DNA of 64,000 nucleotides from an uncultured virus (IMG/VR IMGVR_UViG_3300033994_001010) (Duplodnaviria; Heunggongvirae; Uroviricota; Caudoviricetes): IMG/VR virus record IMGVR_UViG_3300033994_001010; one strand, 5' to 3'. Shown piece by piece: positions 8,306 to 18,317 of this stretch (position 1 is its first letter; each line of letters starts with the position of its first letter). The notes under the pieces were generated by a model. It saw only the letters and a program-made list of their open reading frames with translations, ran no database searches and was not told where the DNA came from. The position numbers and the translations under genes were made by a program.

Positions 8306-8479
8306 ATGCCAACATATGCTTACAAATGTGAAAATGATCATCGCCATGAGGAGACTCGTAGCATTTACGATGAACAGAAAACAATTACGTGTCCAGACTG
8401 CAACGAGAAATTACGCCCTGTTTATTTCTCCCCAGCAGTAAATCTTGTAGGAAGAGGCTTTTATTCCAATGGAGGATAA
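8306..8479 (+). CDS. FmdB-family zinc-ribbon protein (not in ORF track)
   Basis: MPTYAYKCENDH...CPDC...GRGFYSNGG. Confidence 0.8.
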   Translation: MPTYAYKCENDHRHEETRSIYDEQKTITCPDCNEKLRPVYFSPAVNLVGRGFYSNGG

Positions 8480-8624
8480 AAAGACCTTAAGTTCTCAGTT
8501 TGATGAGGAATACGGCGAAGAAGGGCATTACGAAGATTTGCATTTCCGAAAGAGCAATCGGAAGGATTCCCATGACCGTAAGGACAAAAAGAAGATAAAG
8601 AAGTTCTCTAAATACGATTACTGA
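8469..8624 (+). CDS. 51-aa charged protein with LSSQF tag (not in ORF track)
   Basis: Hand translation MEDKKTLSSQFDEEYGEEG...KKFSKYDY. Confidence 0.6.
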   Translation: MEDKKTLSSQFDEEYGEEGHYEDLHFRKSNRKDSHDRKDKKKIKKFSKYDY

Positions 8625-8637
8625 GGTACGATTGGTT

Positions 8638-8796
8638 ATGCAAATTATTTACACATTTCATACCCCCAGCATGCTTGACGCAAAACAACAGGCTGTTATA
8701 CTTGCCAAGAACCAAGGATTCAGTTCTGCTCTTGTCACTGACGTAAAGCAACCTGAGTATGGGGAATTCCAAGTAACACTACTCGTTTCAAAGTAA
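8638..8796 (+). CDS. 52-aa hypothetical protein (not in ORF track)
   Basis: MQIIYTFHTPS...LLVSK; TACGAT-5nt-ATG. Confidence 0.6.
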   Translation: MQIIYTFHTPSMLDAKQQAVILAKNQGFSSALVTDVKQPEYGEFQVTLLVSK

Positions 8797-8805
8797 GGAC
8801 TAAAG

Positions 8806-9051
8806 ATGGCACAAGAAGAGATGGATTTTGACACATGGTTGGCTTACGGGGTTGACCACAAGTGGGCGATGTACCCAGTTTGCTACATGCATGATGGTGT
8901 ACCTACTACCGAAGATGAAGAGAATGAAATGGAAGAGGGCGGAGACCCATGCCTGCACGTGATTCGTGTTTTTAGCACCGAGGAAGAGTTTGACTCAGCG
9001 TTGTCTCGCATGAACGACATTTTGCCCTACAGGATACCTAGAGACCTGTAG
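8806..9051 (+). CDS. Hypothetical protein
   Basis: AAGGA RBS; CYMHDG...DPCLH. Confidence 0.7.
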   Translation: MAQEEMDFDTWLAYGVDHKWAMYPVCYMHDGVPTTEDEENEMEEGGDPCLHVIRVFSTEEEFDSALSRMNDILPYRIPRDL

Positions 9052-9063
9052 TAAACTATGTAA

Positions 9064-9777
9064 ATGGTCGCCCGTACTGTCAATTACACCGCTACACAAG
9101 GCATCCCTTTAAAGCGCATAATTATAATTAAAAGCAGGAGCCACCATCGTTTGATGGTTCCAACAGAGGTAAAAGCGCAGATCCAATCAACAAGCACGTC
9201 TAAGCGAAAACTGAATGCTGAATTGACTGGTGCTGGAGAAATTATGCTGTCATTGACAGCCGCAGAAACTGCTGAACTTCCAGTTGGTGACTTAGAGTAT
9301 GATGTTTTAGCCAAGTTTAATGACACGTACTACAAAGTTAGTGCTGGTGTTATTTCAGTAGAGGCAAACACTACAGTAACAGATGGAAATGAGGCGCAAG
9401 CAATGGAACTGCGTATGACCCAAAATCAGGATTTCCGTAAAACATTTACGTGGAAAGACAGTACTGGAGTACTTCAGGTTGTCTCTAACGCATACCTTCA
9501 GGCAGTAGACGCTAACGATGTAAAGACTCTTGACTTGCGTTGGTACTCAACTGCCCCCAACGAAGCAACAATTATTGCCCTCACTGCTAACAGACGTGGT
9601 TACTTGGCCCCAAAGACTGGGACTACCTTAGAAATGCATATTTCGGATAAAAACCCTATTCCTGCAGGTAGGCATACCTTTGACCTTTTTGTTCAAGACA
9701 GCGCTGGAGATTGGGACAGAATTGCTTCAGGAACCATTGTTGTAGACGCTTCGGTGGCAACTAACCCGTATGCCTGA
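9064..9777 (+). CDS. Structural protein with two tandem beta-rich (BppU-N-like) domains
   Basis: Internal duplication (LSLTAAET..LPVG...YDV / HISD...IPAG...FDL); first gene of the fibre cluster. Confidence 0.55.
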   Translation: MVARTVNYTATQGIPLKRIIIIKSRSHHRLMVPTEVKAQIQSTSTSKRKLNAELTGAGEIMLSLTAAETAELPVGDLEYDVLAKFNDTYYKVSAGVISVEANTTVTDGNEAQAMELRMTQNQDFRKTFTWKDSTGVLQVVSNAYLQAVDANDVKTLDLRWYSTAPNEATIIALTANRRGYLAPKTGTTLEMHISDKNPIPAGRHTFDLFVQDSAGDWDRIASGTIVVDASVATNPYA

Positions 9778-10198
9778 TTACACCCTTGAACTTAGTCCAG
9801 ATGACAGCATTGTCTATGTAGACGAATCTGCTCTTGGTAACTTAAGTGTAAACTCTTCAACCGTTGACATAGTTGTCAGCGACCCTGGTGTTGCTGGTCC
9901 CCCAAATGTTCTAACTATCGGCACAGTTACTACTGGTGAGACTGCTTCTGCCAGCATTACAGGAATTTCGCCAAACCAAGTTCTTAACCTTGTTTATCCC
10001 AAGGCATCACGCCATGTGCATACACAAGGAACAGCATCAACAATATGGACAATTACCCACTCTTTAGGTGGTTACCCATCCGTATCTATTGTTGATAGTG
10101 CAAAAACGGTTGTATTTGGAGAAATCAGTTATACAAGCACCTCACAAATTGTAGTAAACTTTTCATCAGCGTTCTCAGGCTACGCCTACCTCACGTAA
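9770..10198 (+). CDS. Minor tail/fibre-associated protein
   Basis: WTITHSLG.YPSV...FS.AFSG.AYL domain. Confidence 0.6.
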   Translation: MPDYTLELSPDDSIVYVDESALGNLSVNSSTVDIVVSDPGVAGPPNVLTIGTVTTGETASASITGISPNQVLNLVYPKASRHVHTQGTASTIWTITHSLGGYPSVSIVDSAKTVVFGEISYTSTSQIVVNFSSAFSGYAYLT

Positions 10199-10207
10199 GG
10201 ATTTTTA

Positions 10208-11512
10208 ATGGCTCAAAAATTTCTAACTAATATTGACCTCAATCAGAACCAACTGATTAATGCCACCTTTGAGAAGTTGGCTACCGACCCATCATCGGGC
10301 AACTTTGAAGGTCGCCTCATCTACAACACTGCGACCGACACCATCAAGGTGTACACGGGTTCAGCGTTTGTTTCTATTCCTCACACCATTGTTTCTGGTG
10401 GTGGAGCGGGCATTGCTGAAGCCCTTACGGTTTCTGAATCAAACGGCACAGTAACCCTCACTCTTAATGTTGCCGATACAGATAGTGCTGGTCTATTGCC
10501 AGCCGCAATGTGGCAAATGCTCACAGATGCAACCTCAGATGCAACGGCTTCCAAACTTGTAAAACGTGATGCTAATGGAAATGCCAAAGTTGCCACACCA
10601 ACAGATTCTAACCACATTGCCACTAAGGGTTATGTTGATGCTGCCCGTCAAGGTCTTGATGTCAAGCAATCCGTAAGAGTTGCAACAACTGCAGCAATCA
10701 ACATTTCTGCTGACCTTGAGGCTGGCGACACAATTGACGGAGTAACACTTGTTGCTGGTGACCGTGTTCTTGTAAAAGACCAAAGCACCGCTACAGAGAA
10801 CGGTATTTATGTCGCTGTTGCTTCTGGCGCTGCTTCACGCTCATCTGATGCTAACGGTACAGCCGACACAGGTGAACTCAAGCCAGGTACTTTTACCTTC
10901 GTTGAAGAGGGTTCAACCAACTCTGACAAGGGATTTATTGTATCCACCAACGGAACAATCACCATTGGTTCAACAGCAATTGCTTGGACACAGTTCTCTG
11001 GCGCTGGCTCGTTCACTTCAGGTGATGGTCTTTCAAAAGACGGAAACACCATCAATGTCAACGTCACAGCAAACCGTACTGCAATTACGGCTGATGCGAT
11101 TGACATTGCATCAACTTACGTTGGTCAGTCCTCAATCACCACGCTCGGTACAATCACCACAGGTGTTTGGAACGGTACAGACGTTGCCGTTTCAGACGGT
11201 GGTACTGGCGCAAGTGATGCGGCAACTGCTCGTACAAACCTTGGTATTAAAACTAGTGCTGGTGCAGTCACAACATCAACCTCAACACTTGCTCGTATTG
11301 CCAAGCAAGGTTGTGCCGCAAGCAGCACAGGTGTTTCAACGACTACAGTTACTCACAACTTTAATACAACAGATGTAAACGTGCAGATTTACGAAGTATC
11401 AACTGGTGCTACGGTAATTGGAGATGTGACCCGTGCTAACGCAGATACTGTGTCAGTTGTTCTTTACGGAACTATCTCCGCTAACGATTACACCATCGTT
11501 GTAGTAGGTTAG
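10208..11512 (+). CDS. Tail fibre / minor structural protein
   Basis: ATKGYVD, GDRVLVKDQ...ENGIYV and GGTGAS..A.AR.NLG fibre motifs. Confidence 0.75.
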   Translation: MAQKFLTNIDLNQNQLINATFEKLATDPSSGNFEGRLIYNTATDTIKVYTGSAFVSIPHTIVSGGGAGIAEALTVSESNGTVTLTLNVADTDSAGLLPAAMWQMLTDATSDATASKLVKRDANGNAKVATPTDSNHIATKGYVDAARQGLDVKQSVRVATTAAINISADLEAGDTIDGVTLVAGDRVLVKDQSTATENGIYVAVASGAASRSSDANGTADTGELKPGTFTFVEEGSTNSDKGFIVSTNGTITIGSTAIAWTQFSGAGSFTSGDGLSKDGNTINVNVTANRTAITADAIDIASTYVGQSSITTLGTITTGVWNGTDVAVSDGGTGASDAATARTNLGIKTSAGAVTTSTSTLARIAKQGCAASSTGVSTTTVTHNFNTTDVNVQIYEVSTGATVIGDVTRANADTVSVVLYGTISANDYTIVVVG

Positions 11513-11560
11513 TACCTAAATAGACTCTGAGGAGTCACAACATAGAAAGCGATTGAGGTC

Positions 11561-12076
11561 GTGGCACAGAAATTTACAGTACCTATCACTGTTAAGCAGT
11601 TATCATCTGCTGGTTCTGACGCTGTAACTGTCTATGTTGACCAAGACACATATGCTCGCTTAAAAGTTGAAGCAGGTGGTCGTCTTACGTGGGGAGATGG
11701 TTCTGCTGTTGGCGATGTAAACCTATACCGTGACTCTGCTAATGTTCTTAAAACAGATGACACTTTTAAAGCACCTGTTTTATTTGTAGACAGTATTGAA
11801 ATAGACCCTACGGGTGCAACTACAAATCAAGTTCTTAAATTTGATGGAACTAAATTTGCCCCAGGGGTTGCCAGCACCGTTGGCTCCATTGATGACCTGT
11901 CAGATGTTATTATTACAACTGCTGCTAACGGGCAAGTTCTTGCATATAACGGTACAAACTGGGTAAACCAAGACAACAGTGGTGGTGGTGGTTTTTCAGG
12001 CTATTTAGACGGTGGTACAGCAAGTAGTACCTTTGATATGTCACCAATTGACGGAGGAAATGCTAATGGCTTCTAG
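11561..12076 (+). CDS. Tail fibre-associated protein
   Basis: IDDLSDV...NGQVLAYNGTNWVN repeat; DGG C-terminus. Confidence 0.65.
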   Translation: MAQKFTVPITVKQLSSAGSDAVTVYVDQDTYARLKVEAGGRLTWGDGSAVGDVNLYRDSANVLKTDDTFKAPVLFVDSIEIDPTGATTNQVLKFDGTKFAPGVASTVGSIDDLSDVIITTAANGQVLAYNGTNWVNQDNSGGGGFSGYLDGGTASSTFDMSPIDGGNANGF

Positions 12077-15000
12077 AATCCAAATACGTAGAGATACTGC
12101 AGCAAACTGGACTAGTGCTAACCCAGCACTTCTTGCTGGTGAACTTTGCTACGAAACAGACAGTGGCAGGATGAAAATTGGTACTGGCGCTAACTGGTCC
12201 AGCACTGACTACTTTGTTTACGAAGACACAAAACTTGCAGAATTACTTGATGTAACTATTACGGAAGCAGCCGCAGGTGATTTTCTCCGTTATAACAACT
12301 CCTCATCTGTTTGGTACAACGATGCCGTAAACCTTGCTACCGACACCATTGGTAACTATGTTGAGTCACTGGTTGCTGGTACTGGTCTGACCATTACAAA
12401 CAATTCAGGTGAAGGTTCTACCCCAACACTTGCAATTGGTCAAGCGGTAGGTACATCTGCCTCTGTAACTTTTGCTCAAGTATCACTTACTAACAGCCCA
12501 GTTTCATCAAACCATGCTGTAACAAAACAGTATGTTGATGCTATTGCCGCAGGTATCAACTGGCATTTGTCTGTAAAACTTGCAACAGCAACAATTTTGC
12601 CTAATCTACCAGATTACGACAACGGAACAGGTGGTGTTGGGGCAACACTTACCGCTACTCAAAATGGTCGTTTGTCTATTGATGGTGTGAATGCAACAAC
12701 AAATGACAGAGTTCTGATTAAGAATCAGGCTGACGCAAAACAAAACGGTATCTACATTGTTTCAGACCAGGGTTCTGCTAGTGCTGTGTACATTCTTACA
12801 AGAGCAATAGACTTTGATGGTTTTGAAGACAATGTTGTTCGTGGAGATGCTTGTTACATTGGTTCAGGTTCTGTGAACGGTAACCAAGGATTTCTTGTTA
12901 GTTCAACTGGTACAGGTAATGGAACAGAACAACACCATGAAATTGGTACTGATGATATCGTTTTTGCTCAATTTACAGGTACAGCAAACATTATTGCTGG
13001 TACGGGCATTACAAAAACTGGAAACACTCTGTCCATTGGACAAGACGTAGCAACCAGTGCTTCTGTTACTTTTGCTAGGGTTTACGGAGAGTTTACAGGT
13101 AATGCTGATACAGCCACAACACTTGCTACCCCAAGAAACATTCAGTTAACTGGGGCAGTAACTGGAACAGTGCCTTTTAATGGAAGTTCCAACGTAGAAA
13201 TTCTTTCAACTATGAATTCAACATTGGGTTCATTAACAGACGTATCTGCGTCTGCTCCTGGTGAAAATGCCTTCCTTAAATGGGTAAACACTGGTTGGGA
13301 ACCTGAAGTTATTAATCTAGGAACCGACACCACTGGTAACTACATGGTAGACCTAACCCAAGGAACTGGTGTAACCATTACACATACTCCTGGTGAGGGT
13401 TCCAATGCAACAATCGCAATTGGGCAAGATGTAGGTACTAGCGCAAGCGTAACATTTGGTCAGGTAACAGCAACATTGCTTGGAAACGCCACTTCAGCGA
13501 CCACATTACAGACTTCTCGCAACATTGCTGGACAAGCATTTAACGGTTCTGCTGATATATCTATTGCCCCAACTGACCTTACTGGTGTAACCGCTACTGC
13601 CACAGAACTTAACTATGTGGATGGCGTAACTTCGGCTATTCAAACCCAGTTAGATAATAAAGCAAGTGCTACTGCATCCCCAGTAATCACACTTGGTGGT
13701 GACCTTAGTGGTTCAGCAACATTTACCAATCTTGGGAATGCAACTCTCACAGCAACAATTGAACCAAACTCTGTAGCGCTTGGCACAGACACGACTGGCA
13801 ACTACGTAAATGACGTAACTGCTGGTACTGGTGTCACGGTAACACACACTCCTGGTGAAGGCTCAAGTCCAACCATCGCCATTGGGCAGGCTGTTGGGAC
13901 AAGCGCATCGGTAACTTTTGCTGCTGTTACTGCTCCAGTAATTGGTAACGCATCTACTGCAACAGTCTTACAGACAGCAAGAAATATCGCTGGTCAATCA
14001 TTTGATGGTTCTACAAATATTTCTATCGCTCCAACGGATTTAACTGGTGTTACTTCAACAGCCGCAGAACTAAATATTCTTGATGGGGCTACGCTTTCAA
14101 CAACTGAACTTAACTACGTTGATGGGGTTACGTCTGCTATCCAAACACAGATTGATGCTAAGGCCCCAAGCGCCTCGCCTACTTTTACTGGAGTTGTAAC
14201 ACTCCCAGACAACACAGTGGCTCTTGGAACAAAGACTACTGGTGACTATGTTGCATCGCTTGTTGCTGGTACTGGTTTAACAATCACCAACAACTCTGGT
14301 GAGGGTACAACTCCAACAATTGCAATTGGTCAATCAGTTGCTACATCTGCTTCACCAACATTTGGCTCGTTGTCAACAACTGGTGCTATGTATATAGGTA
14401 CTGACTTGCATGTTGGTGGTGTCTACTACACAACAACAGAGACAAACCTTGCAATTGAAGACTCATTTATTTACTTGAATGATGGAAACACCATTTCAAA
14501 CCCAGACCTCGGTATTGCTGGAAACTACAACGATGGGACTTACCGACATGCTGGTGTATTCCGTGATGCCACAGATGGTAAATGGAAGTTCTTTGATTCT
14601 TATCAACCAGAACCAACTGACCCAATCAATACTGCTCATGCAAGTTACTCAGCCGCACCTCTTGTTGTAAAGACCCTTGAAAGCACAATTGCAACTGGCA
14701 CTGCTCCAATGTCTGTTTCATCGTCTACGGTTGTTACAAACCTTAACGCTGACCTTCTTGATGGGCAAGAGGGTTCGTATTACCTGAATACGTCATCAAC
14801 ACTGGATAACATTTCAGATGTCAGTGCTTCAGCGCCTGTTGATAATAGTCCTCTTGTTTGGTCTTCATCTGCATCCGCATGGGTTGCAAACAGTCAAGGA
14901 TTGACTTTAGGTGTTCCTGGTACTACCGACTACCTAACAATAAGCGCTACATCTGGTATTTCCATGTCCTCTGCATCGGAAGGCACATTGGATATAACAG

Positions 15001-16079
15001 TGGACCAAATTCTTGGGGCAAACGCCTTGGATGGTCCTTATTATTCATTAAATGCTAATAGTATTAATTTCAGTAATGGTACAGATGTATTTCAAATAGA
15101 CCCATACTGGGGTACTAGTGGTCAGGTTCTGGCGTTTACTCCTGGTGGCGGTAGTGGTGGAACATGGGGTCCAACAACTCCTACCCTTGACTTTTTATCC
15201 GATGTTTCTGCATCAGCACCAACTGATGGTCATTTCCTCAAGTATGTTTCTGCGTCAACAGCGTGGATTCCAGCAGCAATTCCAACAATTAATGCTCTTG
15301 ATGACATTTTGGATGTCAGTGCTTCAGCACCTTCAAATGGTCAATTCCTTAAGTACAACGGTACTGCATGGGTTCCAGATTCAATTCCAACAATCAATGC
15401 ACTTGACGACATTGGTAATGTTTCTGCTTCAGCCCCTACTTCAGGTGATTTCCTTAAATGGAACGGCTCTGCTTGGGTTAACGCAAGTGGTGTTGTAACT
15501 ACTAGTGATAGTGGGACTGTCACAAGCACAATGATTGCCGATGCAACCATTGTCAATGGTGACATCAGCGCATCTGCTGGAATTGCACTCAGCAAATTGG
15601 CAACAAGTACTGCTGGAAACATCATTGTTTACAACTCATCTGGCGTACCAACGGCAGTTACTGAAACTGGAGATGTAACTATCTCGGATACTGGCGTAAC
15701 CGCAATTGCTTCTGGTGTGATTGTGAACGCTGACATCAGTGCATCTGCTGCAATTGAACTTGGTAAGTTGGCTGACGTTTCAACAAACGCCCAAACTGCT
15801 TCTTACACACTCGTGTTGGCTGACAAAAACAAGGTTGTGGAGATGGGTGTCGGCTCCGCAAACAGTTTGACAGTACCCCTCAACTCTTCGGTAGCATTCC
15901 CAGTAGGGTCGCAAATCAATATTCTTCAGACTGGCTCAGGTCAAACCACAATCGTGGCTACGGGTGGAGTGACCATCAACGCCACTCCAGGACTTAAGAT
16001 GCGAGCACAGTGGTCATATGCTACGCTCATCAAACGAGCAACCGATACATGGGTATTGGTCGGAGACATTTCGGCATAA
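12066..16079 (+). CDS. Long repetitive tail fibre protein (Mtd-N-like N-terminus)
   Basis: RIQIRRDTAANW...GELCYETD..MKIG; repeated GNYV..LVAGTG..SASVTF and LDD..DVSASAP modules; start moved to 12066. Confidence 0.8.
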   Translation: MASRIQIRRDTAANWTSANPALLAGELCYETDSGRMKIGTGANWSSTDYFVYEDTKLAELLDVTITEAAAGDFLRYNNSSSVWYNDAVNLATDTIGNYVESLVAGTGLTITNNSGEGSTPTLAIGQAVGTSASVTFAQVSLTNSPVSSNHAVTKQYVDAIAAGINWHLSVKLATATILPNLPDYDNGTGGVGATLTATQNGRLSIDGVNATTNDRVLIKNQADAKQNGIYIVSDQGSASAVYILTRAIDFDGFEDNVVRGDACYIGSGSVNGNQGFLVSSTGTGNGTEQHHEIGTDDIVFAQFTGTANIIAGTGITKTGNTLSIGQDVATSASVTFARVYGEFTGNADTATTLATPRNIQLTGAVTGTVPFNGSSNVEILSTMNSTLGSLTDVSASAPGENAFLKWVNTGWEPEVINLGTDTTGNYMVDLTQGTGVTITHTPGEGSNATIAIGQDVGTSASVTFGQVTATLLGNATSATTLQTSRNIAGQAFNGSADISIAPTDLTGVTATATELNYVDGVTSAIQTQLDNKASATASPVITLGGDLSGSATFTNLGNATLTATIEPNSVALGTDTTGNYVNDVTAGTGVTVTHTPGEGSSPTIAIGQAVGTSASVTFAAVTAPVIGNASTATVLQTARNIAGQSFDGSTNISIAPTDLTGVTSTAAELNILDGATLSTTELNYVDGVTSAIQTQIDAKAPSASPTFTGVVTLPDNTVALGTKTTGDYVASLVAGTGLTITNNSGEGTTPTIAIGQSVATSASPTFGSLSTTGAMYIGTDLHVGGVYYTTTETNLAIEDSFIYLNDGNTISNPDLGIAGNYNDGTYRHAGVFRDATDGKWKFFDSYQPEPTDPINTAHASYSAAPLVVKTLESTIATGTAPMSVSSSTVVTNLNADLLDGQEGSYYLNTSSTLDNISDVSASAPVDNSPLVWSSSASAWVANSQGLTLGVPGTTDYLTISATSGISMSSASEGTLDITVDQILGANALDGPYYSLNANSINFSNGTDVFQIDPYWGTSGQVLAFTPGGGSGGTWGPTTPTLDFLSDVSASAPTDGHFLKYVSASTAWIPAAIPTINALDDILDVSASAPSNGQFLKYNGTAWVPDSIPTINALDDIGNVSASAPTSGDFLKWNGSAWVNASGVVTTSDSGTVTSTMIADATIVNGDISASAGIALSKLATSTAGNIIVYNSSGVPTAVTETGDVTISDTGVTAIASGVIVNADISASAAIELGKLADVSTNAQTASYTLVLADKNKVVEMGVGSANSLTVPLNSSVAFPVGSQINILQTGSGQTTIVATGGVTINATPGLKMRAQWSYATLIKRATDTWVLVGDISA

Positions 16080-16082
16080 TTT

Positions 16083-16664
16083 ATGGCATCACCAAAGGAC
16101 TCAGGCGGTAAAAAGCCAACTAAACCAGTTATTGGAACTCCCAATAGGTTAAACAACGTAACTAGTGACTCAAACTCGCAGCAAGTACAAGTAACATTTA
16201 CGCATGCTTATACGGGTAAAGGTACGGTAACCTACACCGCAACATCTTCACCTGGTGGTAGGACTGGAACCTCTTCATCCTCTCCTGTTACCGTTTCTGG
16301 TTTAACTTCTAACACTGCTTATACCTTTACAGTTTCTGCAACAACAAACTACGGTGTTACCGCAGACGTATCTGATGCTTCACCTTCTGTTACACCACCT
16401 TATTTCCCTCCAAGTTTTTGCCCACCATGTGCTCCGCAACCTTGGCCTGCTAACTGCTCATACGTTGGTATTACTTGTGATGGTCAAGTTTCTTACCAGT
16501 ATTATGATTGTGGTGGATGTCAGACATGTCCTGGGGTAGGTGGTTATAACGGAGCATACCGAGATGGGTTGTGTGGTTATGTAGCACCACCATCTTTTGG
16601 TCCTTCATTTCCACCACCATTTGGTCCATCGTTTGGCCCATCGTTTGCACCTGCATTTAAATAA
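16083..16664 (+). CDS. Fibronectin type III domain protein with Cys-rich and Pro-Phe repeat C-terminus (putative fibre tip)
   Basis: VTVSGLTSNTAYTFTVSA FN3 motif; PPSFGPSFPPPFGPSF tail. Confidence 0.7.
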   Translation: MASPKDSGGKKPTKPVIGTPNRLNNVTSDSNSQQVQVTFTHAYTGKGTVTYTATSSPGGRTGTSSSSPVTVSGLTSNTAYTFTVSATTNYGVTADVSDASPSVTPPYFPPSFCPPCAPQPWPANCSYVGITCDGQVSYQYYDCGGCQTCPGVGGYNGAYRDGLCGYVAPPSFGPSFPPPFGPSFGPSFAPAFK

Positions 16665-16694
16665 CAAAAAAAGTAAAAATAAAAGGATAACAAG

Positions 16695-17369
16695 ATGGAA
16701 AACAAGATGGATATTACCTTTGAATATCTTTCAGATTTTAAGTTAGGTGTTGTTGTATACCGAAATGTTTTGCCTAAGTCCTTAAAGATTATTGAAAGAC
16801 TTGAAGAAACCATAGGTGATAGTACAACTCCCACGTACATGTGGCAAGAAGCATTGGTTGGTGACTATGAATCTATGCCCCAATATAGAAATTGTTTTGA
16901 TTGCAAAATAGATGAAATTAGAGCAAAGGCTGCTCCATCACAATATTCTGAGATATATAACATCTGGAAAGATACCGTTGACCCGTTAACAGCCTGCCTT
17001 AAACATTACGAATCCCTTGTCAATGTTAAAACTGAGTACATGGAAGCAATTAATTACGTTAAATACGGAGTTGGGCAGCACTTCCAAACACACGCAGACC
17101 ACGGATTTTCTTATACTTGTGTTGTATCCTCTGTTATGTACCTCAATGATGACTACGAGGGTGGTGAATTGTGGTTTCCACGATTTGACCTAAAGTTTAA
17201 ACCAGATGCAGGAGATATTATTTTCTTCCCATCCTCATTTCTTTTCCAACATGCCTCACTACCAGTTACTAGTGGGACAAAGTATTCTGCGGTCACTATG
17301 TTTGATTACAACGATAGACACCACAAATGCACAGGAATAAGTCAGGGTAACTATAGTGCCAAGCATTAA
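16695..17369 (+). CDS. 2OG-Fe(II) oxygenase, prolyl 4-hydroxylase-like
   Basis: HADH, YLNDDYEGGEL, H..LPVTSGTKYS. Confidence 0.85.
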   Translation: MENKMDITFEYLSDFKLGVVVYRNVLPKSLKIIERLEETIGDSTTPTYMWQEALVGDYESMPQYRNCFDCKIDEIRAKAAPSQYSEIYNIWKDTVDPLTACLKHYESLVNVKTEYMEAINYVKYGVGQHFQTHADHGFSYTCVVSSVMYLNDDYEGGELWFPRFDLKFKPDAGDIIFFPSSFLFQHASLPVTSGTKYSAVTMFDYNDRHHKCTGISQGNYSAKH

Positions 17370-18063
17370 GTTCCTAAAAGCATCTAATAACCCACCTGAA
17401 ATAAGGCAATCACGCTTAAAAAGGGACTGGATGGATGCTACACATAACAAACATGCATACCAGTGCCTACCTGTTACAACAGCCAATGTTTTAGGATGGG
17501 AGTTTGTACTACAAGAAGATGTTGTCGTACAACTTGATGAGCCAAACTCAGTGGCAAGGATTATATCTGGAGAAACAACAGCAGACGGTAGGGAACAGGC
17601 ACGAGCAGGAATCATAGACATGGTTACTTTTCACCTAGATTGGGCTATTGAGACTGATGAAAACTACAGTACGTGGATTACTGGTTCGCCAAACTATTTT
17701 CATCCAGATGCTGACCCACTATCAGCGTCAATTCCTAGTTTCTGGTGGCCTGACACAGTTGACATTAGTTGGAGAATTCGCACAATTGGAAAACCAGTGA
17801 CCTTCCATGCTGGAGAACCTTTTTGTTTCTTGACTATTTACGACAATACCATTTTAGAAAATGTGACAGTCTCAACAGGAAACTGGGGGGATGATAAAGA
17901 AAAGGTTCGCCAACGGTTACGGTACATGGAATCAAAACAGAAAAATAGCGTTGAAAACCCTTGGACTTGGGTTAAGGGTATAAAAACAGGAGTTGACGCA
18001 GACGGTAATCGTATTGGACCACCCACTAGAGGCTTACCCAGATTAGACACCCCAGTAGTGTAA
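17356..18063 (+). CDS. DUF6065-like protein
   Basis: RDWMDAT...HAYQCLP...ANVLGW N-terminal pattern. Confidence 0.6.
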   Translation: MPSIKFLKASNNPPEIRQSRLKRDWMDATHNKHAYQCLPVTTANVLGWEFVLQEDVVVQLDEPNSVARIISGETTADGREQARAGIIDMVTFHLDWAIETDENYSTWITGSPNYFHPDADPLSASIPSFWWPDTVDISWRIRTIGKPVTFHAGEPFCFLTIYDNTILENVTVSTGNWGDDKEKVRQRLRYMESKQKNSVENPWTWVKGIKTGVDADGNRIGPPTRGLPRLDTPVV

Positions 18064-18098
18064 ACTACACTAGTTAACTATATACAAAGGATAACATT

Positions 18099-18311
18099 AT
18101 GGCCCTTTCACCAGAGCAAATGCTTAAAGCAAAAACTGAAGCAACTTCACACTTGGAGTACTCCATCAGCGTATTGGCTGCTGCATTAGGTGTTGATATA
18201 TCTACTATTGAACACCCATATGAACATGACTTTCCTGAAACTGACCTCATGTTTAAATCGCATGAATTGCTAAAAAAGCACGTTTCAAATTTGGAAAAAC
18301 TTAAGGCATAG
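18099..18311 (+). CDS. Small hypothetical protein
   Basis: AAGGA RBS; 70 aa. Confidence 0.7.
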   Translation: MALSPEQMLKAKTEATSHLEYSISVLAAALGVDISTIEHPYEHDFPETDLMFKSHELLKKHVSNLEKLKA

Positions 18312-18317
18312 TTAGTT

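Noticed and set aside
8675..8702. TTGACG-16-TATACT promoter-like sequence
   Set aside because: It lies inside a small ORF with suboptimal spacing and cannot be distinguished from chance.
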